Source of the DNA: a virus
Taxonomy: Duplodnaviria > Caudoviricetes
DNA: 54,183 nucleotides
Direction: 5' to 3' (one strand)
Virus record (IMG/VR): IMGVR_UViG_3300031949_000050
Location: 1-54,183 of that record
Positions 8,589-16,377 of this stretch are shown here, in pieces. A program made the position numbers and the translations under genes. Each line of letters opens with the position of its first letter. The first letter of the stretch is position 1. The notes beneath the pieces were generated by a model. It saw nothing but the letters and a program-made list of their open reading frames with translations. It was not told the DNA's origin and made no database searches.

Positions 8589-9112
8589 AGAGCGTGGCCA
8601 CGAAAGCCAGCAGCCCCCGAAGAAAGCAAAAGGTGCCGAAGACGCTGCGCCCAGGCGTGCGTAGAGTCATCGCCTTGGTCGCTCAGGGTGCGACTCAGGT
8701 AGAGGCGTCTCGCATCGTAGGCTACGATTCGGAGTACATCTCCACGGTCTTGCACAACAGCGAAGCGGCCAAGCGCTATCTGGAGGAGTCGGTCGAGCGG
8801 ATCAGGACTAAGGCGCGGGTGCTGATCAGCCATTCCATGGACCGCGACCTGGCGGCCATCGTTCCGGGCTCGGTCCGGGGCATCAAGCCATCGGAGGCGG
8901 ACCCGGAGCGCATCGCGGCGCGGAGCCGTACGCCGGTCATGGCCAAGCTCGCGGGGTTGGATGTGGGCGAGGAATGGCAGAGCCGGCAGCCGGCGCAGCC
9001 GCCCGTGGCGATCTTCGTCAACGGGTTGACCGACGCGCAGTTGCGTCAGATGTTCGAGGTCGTGCAGCGGGTGGAGCGCGGGGTGATCGACGTGGAGGCG
9101 CGGGCGAAGTGA
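8585..9112 (+). CDS. Terminase small subunit (putative)
   Basis: N-terminal HTH (LVAQGATQVEASRIVGY), C-terminal LTDAQLRQ...VIDVEA, upstream of TerL. Confidence 0.6.
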   Translation: MKSVATKASSPRRKQKVPKTLRPGVRRVIALVAQGATQVEASRIVGYDSEYISTVLHNSEAAKRYLEESVERIRTKARVLISHSMDRDLAAIVPGSVRGIKPSEADPERIAARSRTPVMAKLAGLDVGEEWQSRQPAQPPVAIFVNGLTDAQLRQMFEVVQRVERGVIDVEARAK

Positions 9113-9163
9113 GCTTTGGGAGATCCGGCAAGGGCAACGTCTTTGACGTGCTGTCGACGCCAC

Positions 9164-11020
9164 ATGAGCAACGTTCGCGTTCTTGACCTGTTCGCCGGTA
9201 TCGGCGGCCTTGCGCTTGGCCTCGAATGGGCGGGCATGGAAACGGCCGGTCTCTGCGAAATCGACTCGGCGTGCCGTTTCTGGCTCGGCCAGCACTGGCC
9301 GGGAGTACCCCTGTTCGGCGACGTCAAGGAGGTGACAGCCGATGCGGTTGCGGAGGCGTGCGGAACAATCGACGTTGTGGCCGGCGGCCCGCCGTGCCAG
9401 CCCGCCTCGGTGGCAGGACGACGACAGGGTGCTACTGACGTACGATGGCTCTGGCCTGAGTTCCTCCACGTCGTGCGAGAGGTTGCTCCCCGCTGGGTCG
9501 TGGCAGAGAACCCTCTCGGAATCGCTAGCCTCGAGCCTCAGGGCCTTGACTGGATCTGCCGTGAGCTTGAGGGTGCGGGCTACGAAGTCTGGCCGGTCGT
9601 TATTGGTGCCGACGACGTTGGGGCACCGCATAGACGGAAGCGCGTCTGGATCGTGGCCCACCGTCCACGGGATGGACAACGAGGGGAACCGGCGCAGGAA
9701 CGGGCCGACCGGGAACGAGCTGGGGCGGGCGGTGACGCGCGAGGAGTGGGCGACCCCGAACACGATGGACGGCGGGCAGACGAGCCGGGGCGGGAAGCGG
9801 AAGGGCGAGCTGCTGCTCGGCGGGCAGGTGCGCCAGTGGCCCACGGCGCGAGCGGAGGACAGCGAGTCGGCGGGTGCTCATGTGGCGCGTGGGACTGCGG
9901 AGACGCTCACGGCTGCGGCGAGGCTCTGGCCGACGCACACGGTCAGCAGCCAGGCGCAGCTTGCCGAGGACCCGTATCCGGGGCAGACGGGCGGTACGAC
10001 GCTCGTGGGGGAAGTGCTGCGGCAGGCCGGCCTGTGGGCGAGCCCACAGGCGCGGGACTGGAAGGACAGCGGGCCTACGCAGGGGAACCGAAAGAGCCCG
10101 AACCTCGGCACGCAGGCATGGGCAACGCCGCGCACCTCGGATGTAGCGGCGGGCCGGATAGTGGAAGAGGGGCGTCGAGTGAGTGCCTCGGGAGTCTACG
10201 GGATCAATCTCAGCGATCAGGTAGCCGCTGGCCTGCTCGACCAGGGGAGCAGCAGCACGAGTGGGAAGCCAGCCGTCTCGGCCCAGGGAAGTCGCGGAGC
10301 CCTGTGCTTTCTGTGGGTGTCGCAGCTTCTTGGCTTTCCGAATGGTTGGCTCGAAGTACCACCATCGGAGTATCCCATGCTATGATGGGATATGGGAAGA
10401 AAAGTGAAGGTCTACCCGACGCGGTTCTGTGTCGCGTGCGGGAAGCCGCTTCAGCGGAAGAGGTACAGGACGCAGTTGGAGGATGGCTCGGCATTTCTGC
10501 GGAGGAAGTTCTGCGACGTTCTCTGCATGGGCCGGGCCAAGGTGAAGGACAACCCAACCCTCGGGGCGCTTCGGTCACGAACCCGCAGGGAGGTGAGGCG
10601 CGAGGATCGGTGCAGCAAATGTCACGGCACGCGCCTCCTTGGGATTCACCATCTCGACGGCGACTGCTCGAACAACACGCCGAGGAACGTCGTCACGCTC
10701 TGTGCTTCCTGCCATACGCGATGGCACTGGCAGAATGGAAAGAAAACGCCCCGCCCCTCGCCGCCCTGCGTCGTGTGTGGGGCGAAGTCGCGGCGGCTCC
10801 GAATGTGTCAGAAGCACTACTTCCGATTCAAGAAGCATGGCGATCCGCTCCTGACAATGAAAGCCGCTGGGCCTGGGCGCTTCTATTTGGTCCGAGTATC
10901 TCCGACCGAGTAGGCACCTCCCGTCACAGCCGCGAGGCGCTCAAAGCCCTCGGCAACGCCGTTGTCCCGCAAGTCGCGGAAGTGATCGGCCGCGCGATCG
11001 TGACGATCGCTGTTCGCTGA
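9164..11020 (+). CDS. DNA cytosine-C5 methyltransferase, alpha-like polypeptide
   Basis: Motif I VLDLFAGIGG, IV GGPPCQP, VI VVAENP, VIII HRRKRVWIVA and X LKALGNAVVPQ. Motif IX is not seen in this frame. Confidence 0.85.
   Translation: MSNVRVLDLFAGIGGLALGLEWAGMETAGLCEIDSACRFWLGQHWPGVPLFGDVKEVTADAVAEACGTIDVVAGGPPCQPASVAGRRQGATDVRWLWPEFLHVVREVAPRWVVAENPLGIASLEPQGLDWICRELEGAGYEVWPVVIGADDVGAPHRRKRVWIVAHRPRDGQRGEPAQERADRERAGAGGDARGVGDPEHDGRRADEPGREAEGRAAARRAGAPVAHGASGGQRVGGCSCGAWDCGDAHGCGEALADAHGQQPGAACRGPVSGADGRYDARGGSAAAGRPVGEPTGAGLEGQRAYAGEPKEPEPRHAGMGNAAHLGCSGGPDSGRGASSECLGSLRDQSQRSGSRWPARPGEQQHEWEASRLGPGKSRSPVLSVGVAASWLSEWLARSTTIGVSHAMMGYGKKSEGLPDAVLCRVREAASAEEVQDAVGGWLGISAEEVLRRSLHGPGQGEGQPNPRGASVTNPQGGEARGSVQQMSRHAPPWDSPSRRRLLEQHAEERRHALCFLPYAMALAEWKENAPPLAALRRVWGEVAAAPNVSEALLPIQEAWRSAPDNESRWAWALLFGPSISDRVGTSRHSREALKALGNAVVPQVAEVIGRAIVTIAVR
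9342..10385 (+). CDS. Methyltransferase beta-like polypeptide in an alternative frame inside the alpha gene (true start uncertain)
   Basis: Repeated W(P/A)T(P)xxxD units and a C-terminal motif-IX-like WVSQLLGFPNGW. Confidence 0.65.
   Translation: MRLRRRAEQSTLWPAARRASPPRWQDDDRVLLTYDGSGLSSSTSCERLLPAGSWQRTLSESLASSLRALTGSAVSLRVRATKSGRSLLVPTTLGHRIDGSASGSWPTVHGMDNEGNRRRNGPTGNELGRAVTREEWATPNTMDGGQTSRGGKRKGELLLGGQVRQWPTARAEDSESAGAHVARGTAETLTAAARLWPTHTVSSQAQLAEDPYPGQTGGTTLVGEVLRQAGLWASPQARDWKDSGPTQGNRKSPNLGTQAWATPRTSDVAAGRIVEEGRRVSASGVYGINLSDQVAAGLLDQGSSSTSGKPAVSAQGSRGALCFLWVSQLLGFPNGWLEVPPSEYPML
10392..10913 (+). CDS. HNH endonuclease nested inside the methyltransferase alpha ORF
   Basis: CVACGK...RKFCDVLC zinc finger; CSKC...IHHLDGDCSNNTPRNVVTLCASCHTRWH HNH core; C-terminal CVVC...MCQKHYFRFKKHGDP. 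Confidence 0.85.
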   Translation: MGRKVKVYPTRFCVACGKPLQRKRYRTQLEDGSAFLRRKFCDVLCMGRAKVKDNPTLGALRSRTRREVRREDRCSKCHGTRLLGIHHLDGDCSNNTPRNVVTLCASCHTRWHWQNGKKTPRPSPPCVVCGAKSRRLRMCQKHYFRFKKHGDPLLTMKAAGPGRFYLVRVSPTE

Positions 11021-11029
11021 GGCGGCGAA

Positions 11030-12649
11030 GTGAGCCAAGCCCAAGTCACCCCGGAGGACGTAGCCCAGCGTTGGATGGCCTACGCGCCGGAGATAAAGCG
11101 CGAGGCCGCCAAGCGGTGGCTGTATCACTTCTTCGTCCAGGCGTGGCCGCAAGTGGACCCGGCTCCATTGGTTTCGGGCTGGCATCTCCAGGCGATAGCG
11201 GAGCATCTCGAGGCCGTCTCACGGCTGGAGATCAGGCGCTTGGCCATAGCCTGCCCCCCCGGCTCGTCCAAGTCGTGGATGACGTCGGTAGCGTGGCCGG
11301 CGTGGACCTGGATTCATGACCCGGGCTCCAAGTGGCTTACCTCGTCCTACTCCCACGATCTGTCCACGAGGGACGCTGTGCGCTCCAGGCGGCTCATGAA
11401 CTCGGCATGGTACCAAGCCAATTGGGGGCCTCTCTTCGAGTTCGTTGGCGACCAGAACACGAAGCAACGGTACGAGAACAACTTTGGAGGCTTCCGCGTG
11501 GCGACGTCCGTCTCTGGGCTCGGGACGGGAGAAAGGGCTGCGTTTGTAGTTTGCGACGATCCGCACAACGTGCTGGAAATCTACTCGGACATCAAGCGCA
11601 AGGCTGTGGTCCGGTGGTGGAACGAGTCCATGTCCACGCGCATCGTGGACCCGGCCACGTCAAGGCATGTGATCATCGCCCAGCGCATCGCAGAGGACGA
11701 TCTGATTGGGCACGTCCTGGAGCAGGGCGGATACGAATACCTGTGTCTGCCAATGGAGTACGACCGCAAGCGCATGGTCTCGACGTCACTCGGCAACCCG
11801 GACAAGCGCACGAAGGACGGCGAGCTGCTTCATCCTGAGCGCTTCGGCCCGGATGCCGTAGAGGAGCTGAAGCTACGCCTAGGCGCGTTCGGTGCAGCCA
11901 GTCAGCTTCAGCAGCAGCCCTCGCCCCTCGGAGGCGGTGTGGTCAAGCGCTCGTGGTGGAAGTTCTGGGACGTGGACAACGCGCCCGCGAAGTACGACCA
12001 GGTGATAGACACCTGGGACTTGGCGTTCAAGGATCTGACGACGAGCGACCCCGTAGCCGGGCTGAAGCTCGGCCGGATCGGGGCAGCGGTTCACATTCTT
12101 GAGCTTGCTCACGGGCAGATGGACATCGTGGAGACTCTGGTCGCCGTGCGGGGGCTGGCGATGCGGAGGCGGCCCAACGCGATCCTGATCGAAGACAAAG
12201 CCAACGGCCCGGCTGTGGTCTCGTTGCTCCAGCACGAGCTCCCTGGCATCCTGCCGGTGACTCCCGAGGGCGGGAAGGAAGCGCGCGTGGCGTCGGTGGC
12301 CCCCATGGTGGAGGCGGGGAACGTGCTGCTGCCTGGACGTCGGACCGCTGACGCCTGGGCCCCGGCATATCCTTGGGTCGCTGACCTGATCCACGAGGCA
12401 GCGATGTTCCCTCGCGGCGGGCACGACGACATGGTTGACGCCTTGGCCCAGGGGTTGAACTACATGCGGACCGCGGTGTACGTGGCGATGGCGAGGCAGC
12501 GCGCCGAGGACGAGGTGACGCCGCCGATCAACCCTCTGGAGCAGTGGCGCGAGGAGATGATGGGCAAGATTCAGAAGAAGATCAAGGAGCAGGAGAAGCG
12601 CCAGAGACAAGAGGAGCGGTACGGCGGCTCAGATCTTCCGGGGTTCTAA
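11030..12649 (+). CDS. terL: Terminase large subunit
   Basis: Walker A IACPPGSSKS, Walker B VVCDDPH, QLQQQP, nuclease motifs DTWDLAFK, IEDKANG and HDDMVDALAQGL. Confidence 0.93.
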   Translation: MSQAQVTPEDVAQRWMAYAPEIKREAAKRWLYHFFVQAWPQVDPAPLVSGWHLQAIAEHLEAVSRLEIRRLAIACPPGSSKSWMTSVAWPAWTWIHDPGSKWLTSSYSHDLSTRDAVRSRRLMNSAWYQANWGPLFEFVGDQNTKQRYENNFGGFRVATSVSGLGTGERAAFVVCDDPHNVLEIYSDIKRKAVVRWWNESMSTRIVDPATSRHVIIAQRIAEDDLIGHVLEQGGYEYLCLPMEYDRKRMVSTSLGNPDKRTKDGELLHPERFGPDAVEELKLRLGAFGAASQLQQQPSPLGGGVVKRSWWKFWDVDNAPAKYDQVIDTWDLAFKDLTTSDPVAGLKLGRIGAAVHILELAHGQMDIVETLVAVRGLAMRRRPNAILIEDKANGPAVVSLLQHELPGILPVTPEGGKEARVASVAPMVEAGNVLLPGRRTADAWAPAYPWVADLIHEAAMFPRGGHDDMVDALAQGLNYMRTAVYVAMARQRAEDEVTPPINPLEQWREEMMGKIQKKIKEQEKRQRQEERYGGSDLPGF

Positions 12650-12870
12650 TGGGGCCAGTGGATCGCCAGTACCTTGACGGCTTCGCCACGGCGGCTCAGA
12701 CCATCGCGGCGGACAAGCAGGCATTCACGCTCGCGGAGATTCAGCGGGCGTTTGGCTACGCCCCTGACCAAGATCACGGTCGGTCGCGCGGGGACTACAA
12801 GGGCGGCGGTGGTTGCTGCGCCTGGCTCGCCGGCTTCGATGCTGGAGTGCGGTCGGCCTACGGGCACTGA

Positions 12871-13281
12871 ATGGACCAGATCGTAGATCCCGCCACGAGC
12901 CGGACAAAGGAGCACGACACGCTGTTGCAGTGCCTAGACCGCTGGCTCTCGGATCCGTGGATCCTGAGCGAAGCGCTGCGCACCGGACGTCGGCGGCGGG
13001 ACGTGGAGATCGTGCTCGCGGCCGTGCGGTTCACGCTGGACGGCAAGGGCGGGGACGGGACGGCGGTTGATGCGCCGAGGGCGGCGCGGCTGGTCTTCGA
13101 TCTGCTGGCTCAGAGGGCGGTTCGTAAGGCGGTGATACGGCACGAAATACAGCGTACTGGATACGAGGTGCCCAGGCGTGCTATAATCCAGGGGCTGAGA
13201 GAGGCGCGCCTCCACGCCAAAGCTCTCTCAAAGGAGGGTATCGTGACCGACTCACGAACCGTCGTGGAGATGCCGTCATGA
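12871..13281 (+). CDS. Hypothetical protein
   Basis: Coupled ORF between TerL and the peptidase gene. Confidence 0.45.
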   Translation: MDQIVDPATSRTKEHDTLLQCLDRWLSDPWILSEALRTGRRRRDVEIVLAAVRFTLDGKGGDGTAVDAPRAARLVFDLLAQRAVRKAVIRHEIQRTGYEVPRRAIIQGLREARLHAKALSKEGIVTDSRTVVEMPS

Positions 13282-13871
13282 CAGCACTGCTCTTGCTGTT
13301 CCTGGCCGCCGCTGGCCCTCGAGTGACCGCGGACCCCACCTCAACCGCAGCCGTAGACGTCGCGTGCGCCGCGGACTATCTCTCGTATTTCGAGACGCGC
13401 TTGGAGGTGCCGTCGGACAGGGCGCTTCCGCTGGTCTACACGGCGACGTCGGACGTGGCGAACGTGGTAGTTCTCTCCGGGGACTCTCGCTCTGGCATCC
13501 AAGGTTTGTACCGCCTGGAGCGGGCCGCACAGCGAGGCCATCTCTGGACGTCGCTACCATGCCATCGGCACGAGATAGCGCATCATGCCATCACCGAGCG
13601 TTGGGGGTGGAGGGTCCTGCCCCTGTTCGTCGAGGAGGGCTTGGCCTCGCACCTGGCGTGGGGCGATGAGCACCAATTCGCACAGGTTCCGATCAGCGCT
13701 TACTACCTCAAGCGCGACCTCAGCATTTACGAGTACGGGGTGGCGCTGCGGTTCGTGGAGCGGACGTGGCAGCGTACGTCGTGGAAGCGATTCCTCGGCT
13801 GGCTTGATCGTGGGGCCAAGCTTGAGGAGTACAGGCGCACGTTCGGATTCACTCCGGAGCAGACTCAGTGA
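13278..13871 (+). CDS. Secreted gluzincin-like metallopeptidase
   Basis: Hydrophobic N-terminus; HEIAH...PLFVEEGLA (HExxH plus downstream EGLA). Confidence 0.65.
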   Translation: MTALLLLFLAAAGPRVTADPTSTAAVDVACAADYLSYFETRLEVPSDRALPLVYTATSDVANVVVLSGDSRSGIQGLYRLERAAQRGHLWTSLPCHRHEIAHHAITERWGWRVLPLFVEEGLASHLAWGDEHQFAQVPISAYYLKRDLSIYEYGVALRFVERTWQRTSWKRFLGWLDRGAKLEEYRRTFGFTPEQTQ

Positions 13872-14413
13872 TTTCTGATCCACGAGACGTGGAGCGGGCG
13901 CGGAAGGCGGCAGAGGATCTTCACTACGGCCGTTCGGGGAGGCCGGCGCACGACTTCATCGCCTTCGCTACGGGGATCGTCCTCCGCTCCTTAGAGGACT
14001 CCCGGCGCGAGGACCGGGAGGCGATCGAGCACCTCAGACGCCAAGTCTACAGAGAACGAGGCGAGGCCCTAGAAGCCGTTGAGCGCCAGGTAGCCAGAGA
14101 GGAGGAGATGGCTGGGCGGTACTCCCCTTCGGAATTGTGGTCCCGAGCTGACGCCCAGACGGCGGCTCTGTGGAGAGAGCGCGCCGAGGCCGCCGAGCGC
14201 CAGGTCGAGGCCCTGGTCCGCGAGCGGGACGAGGCGCGGTTGGCAGCGGAGAACACGGCTCATCTCGCGGCCCAGTACCAGCGAGAGTCGGCAGAATTAA
14301 TGGCCGGACTCGACCGGATGCGTGCTGAGCGGGACGAGGCGCGAGCGATGCTGAAGATGGCGCTGACGGGGCCAATGGAACCGTGGTTGGACAAGCTAAG
14401 GGTGGACGTGTGA
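13868..14413 (+). CDS. Coiled-coil hypothetical protein; paralog of 1..453
   Basis: Contains the 127-bp repeat and ERDEAR motifs. Confidence 0.6.
   Translation: MISDPRDVERARKAAEDLHYGRSGRPAHDFIAFATGIVLRSLEDSRREDREAIEHLRRQVYRERGEALEAVERQVAREEEMAGRYSPSELWSRADAQTAALWRERAEAAERQVEALVRERDEARLAAENTAHLAAQYQRESAELMAGLDRMRAERDEARAMLKMALTGPMEPWLDKLRVDV
14063..14189 (+). repeat. Exact 127-bp direct repeat, copy 2
   Basis: Identical to 1..127. Confidence 0.95.
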
Positions 14414-14445
14414 ACAGAGCTTGCCTCTATAGCGAGGCGAGGCCC

Positions 14446-14468
14446 GCCAGTGGGAACGCTGGCATTTT
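14446..14468 (+). terminator. Possible intrinsic terminator
   Basis: GCCAGTG-GGAA-CGCTGGC stem with a GNRA loop followed by ATTTT, just after the stop at 14413. Confidence 0.4.
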
Positions 14469-14511
14469 GCCCCCTCTCAAGGAGTGCCTATCGCCTGAAG
14501 CATCGCTACCT

Positions 14512-14541
14512 TTGACGAAGGTAAACGACGTGACGTACCGT
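14512..14541 (+). promoter_or_regulatory. Possible promoter for the head operon
   Basis: TTGACG, 18-bp spacer, TACCGT, in a 250-bp intergenic region. Confidence 0.35.
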
Positions 14542-14544
14542 ACC

Positions 14545-14636
14545 GTGGGCGTGCAGTCCAAGCATGAGCGTGCCGTCAACCCGCCCCAAGACCGGGGGAG
14601 TTCTCTGTACCGGGAGCGCGTCACCTGTACGCCCAC
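14545..14636 (+). ncRNA. Structured leader RNA upstream of the scaffold gene (putative)
   Basis: 12-bp closing stem GTGGGCGTGCAG (14545-14556) with CTGTACGCCCAC (14625-14636), enclosing three short hairpins. Confidence 0.4.
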
Positions 14637-14662
14637 ACTTCTGACCCTCACAGGAGAATCGA

Positions 14663-15748
14663 ATGACTGACGAGACGGCCGCGCCGACCGCGGAAGCAGA
14701 GGCCACAGAGGTCGAAGAGACGGCAGAGGTAGAAGCCGCCTCCGAGACGGAGCGGGCCGAGGACGCAGAAAAGCCGGAGAGCGAAGGGACGGACGAGTCC
14801 GCCGAGCAGGAGCAGGAGCAGGTAGACCTGCTCAAGAAGTTCAAGGGTGACATCAAGGCGGCGGATCGGTCGTACTGGCACGCCGTGAACCGGGCCACGC
14901 GCGTGCAGGACGAGAACCGCGTGCTACGCGAGCGGCTCTCAGAGCTGGAGCAAGGATCGAAGGCTCGCCCGGCCGAACGGGAAGAGCCTCGCACCGAGGA
15001 ACCCCTGACGTCGGAGGACATCAAGCGCATCGACATGGAGCTGTCTGAGGTCGATGGCGAGATGAAGCAGGCCAAGACCGATTACGAACAGGGGTTGCTG
15101 GACATCGGTGAGGCTGACAAGGCCATAGCCAAGATCGAGGGCAAGCTCGAGGATGCGCTCGAGGAACAAAAGCCGGCGCTCGAAGCGCGGCTCGAGGCGG
15201 CCAGGGTGAAGCGGCTCCAGATCATCAGGGACGCCAAGGGGGCGCTCCGTTGGCATCAGGAGGCCAAGCATCGCGGCGGGCGACTCCGGGCCGAGCGCTC
15301 TACCGCAGAGCGCATGGTCAAGATGGAGCAGACCAACGCGCAGAAGGTCGAATCGGAGCGCATGGAGGTGTACCGCGACTTCCCCGTGGAAGTGGATGCG
15401 ATGTTCGAGCAGGCGTGCATCGACTTGGCGGTGTCGAAGGAAGACCGCGAGGACTTCTGGGAGATTGTAAACCAAGACCTCATGGCCAAACTGTGGGCGG
15501 CCGGAGCTCAGGGGCACAGCATCGCGGACGTGAACGTGGAGGGGATCATCAAGGGCCGGGTGCAGAAGCTCATGGCGCGTATCGACGGCGGCCGGGGCGA
15601 GTTCGCCAAGAAGTCGAAGGAGGCCCTGGAGCGGGCGAAGGCGAGCGGGACCAAGGTCGTGGCCCCCGGCTCTCGGGCGGTGGTGGGTAAGCCGAAGCCG
15701 GATCAGATGGCCATCGCCCGTGCGGCGCTGCTCAAGCGGGGGCTGTGA
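14663..15748 (+). CDS. Capsid scaffolding protein (putative)
   Basis: AGGAGA RBS, very acidic N-terminus, long coiled coil, upstream of the capsid gene. Confidence 0.7.
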   Translation: MTDETAAPTAEAEATEVEETAEVEAASETERAEDAEKPESEGTDESAEQEQEQVDLLKKFKGDIKAADRSYWHAVNRATRVQDENRVLRERLSELEQGSKARPAEREEPRTEEPLTSEDIKRIDMELSEVDGEMKQAKTDYEQGLLDIGEADKAIAKIEGKLEDALEEQKPALEARLEAARVKRLQIIRDAKGALRWHQEAKHRGGRLRAERSTAERMVKMEQTNAQKVESERMEVYRDFPVEVDAMFEQACIDLAVSKEDREDFWEIVNQDLMAKLWAAGAQGHSIADVNVEGIIKGRVQKLMARIDGGRGEFAKKSKEALERAKASGTKVVAPGSRAVVGKPKPDQMAIARAALLKRGL

Positions 15749-15765
15749 GCCCTTGACTCAAGCCC

Positions 15766-16344
15766 ATGAGGAAGCGTAGGATCTGGGCGATGGCGAAACG
15801 TGGCCGAGCCGCCCAATGGGCCCGAAACCCGAAGGCGGAATTGCTTGCTAGAGCCAATCTGTCCGTCTCGGGCTGTTGGGAATGGCAGGCTGCGACGCAG
15901 AACCAAGGCTATGGCGATCTGGGCTTTGGTGGGAAACGATGGCTAGCTCACCGACTGAGCTACACGCTACTCGTTGCTCCAATCCCGGACGGGCTGACCA
16001 TAGATCACCTGTGTCGAAACAGGCGTTGCATCAGGCCAGACCATTTGGAAGTGGTCCCGATGAAGGAGAACATCCTTCGTGGTACCAGTGCCTCGGCGAA
16101 CAATGCGCGCAAGGCGGTGTGCCCTCGTTGCGGTAACACCTACAGCCGCGATTCAATTCGTGGCTGGAGGCGTTGCCGGACGTGTTACAACGACTGGCAT
16201 AGGGCTCACAGAGCCCGACAGCGTGACGGACGACCCGCACGCTCGTTCGACGTACCAGGCCAAGCGGAGCCGACCTCGAGCTTGTCACTGGAAGTGGGCC
16301 AGGCGTTCTGGTCCAAGTTCATTGGCGACCTTGTGCGTACGTAA
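15766..16344 (+). CDS. Free-standing HNH homing endonuclease
   Basis: GCWEWQ...GYG...AHRLSY...IPDGLTIDHLCRNRRCIRPDHLEVV...EN, then CPRC...CRTC. Confidence 0.9.
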   Translation: MRKRRIWAMAKRGRAAQWARNPKAELLARANLSVSGCWEWQAATQNQGYGDLGFGGKRWLAHRLSYTLLVAPIPDGLTIDHLCRNRRCIRPDHLEVVPMKENILRGTSASANNARKAVCPRCGNTYSRDSIRGWRRCRTCYNDWHRAHRARQRDGRPARSFDVPGQAEPTSSLSLEVGQAFWSKFIGDLVRT

Positions 16345-16377
16345 TCGTGCGCGCATGGCCTAAACGAGGTAAGTCGA

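Noticed and set aside
8459-9844. Long minus-strand ORFs (also 16863..17954, 29242..30330, 35373..36548, 48687..49625)
   Set aside because: Antisense shadows of well-supported plus-strand genes in high-GC DNA, with no motifs or RBS.
1-14189. Diversity-generating retroelement template/variable repeat pair
   Set aside because: The two copies are identical with no adenine-specific mismatches, and no reverse transcriptase is present.
14545-14636. tRNA gene
   Set aside because: Cloverleaf-like, but the closing stem is 12 bp and there is no TTCRA T-loop or canonical D-loop; kept only as a structured leader.
15743-16211. 11-bp complementarity (ctgtgagccct / agggctcacag) bracketing most of the HNH gene, suggesting a third intron
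   Set aside because: No P3/P7 core was found nearby, both halves form local hairpins, and the match could be chance.
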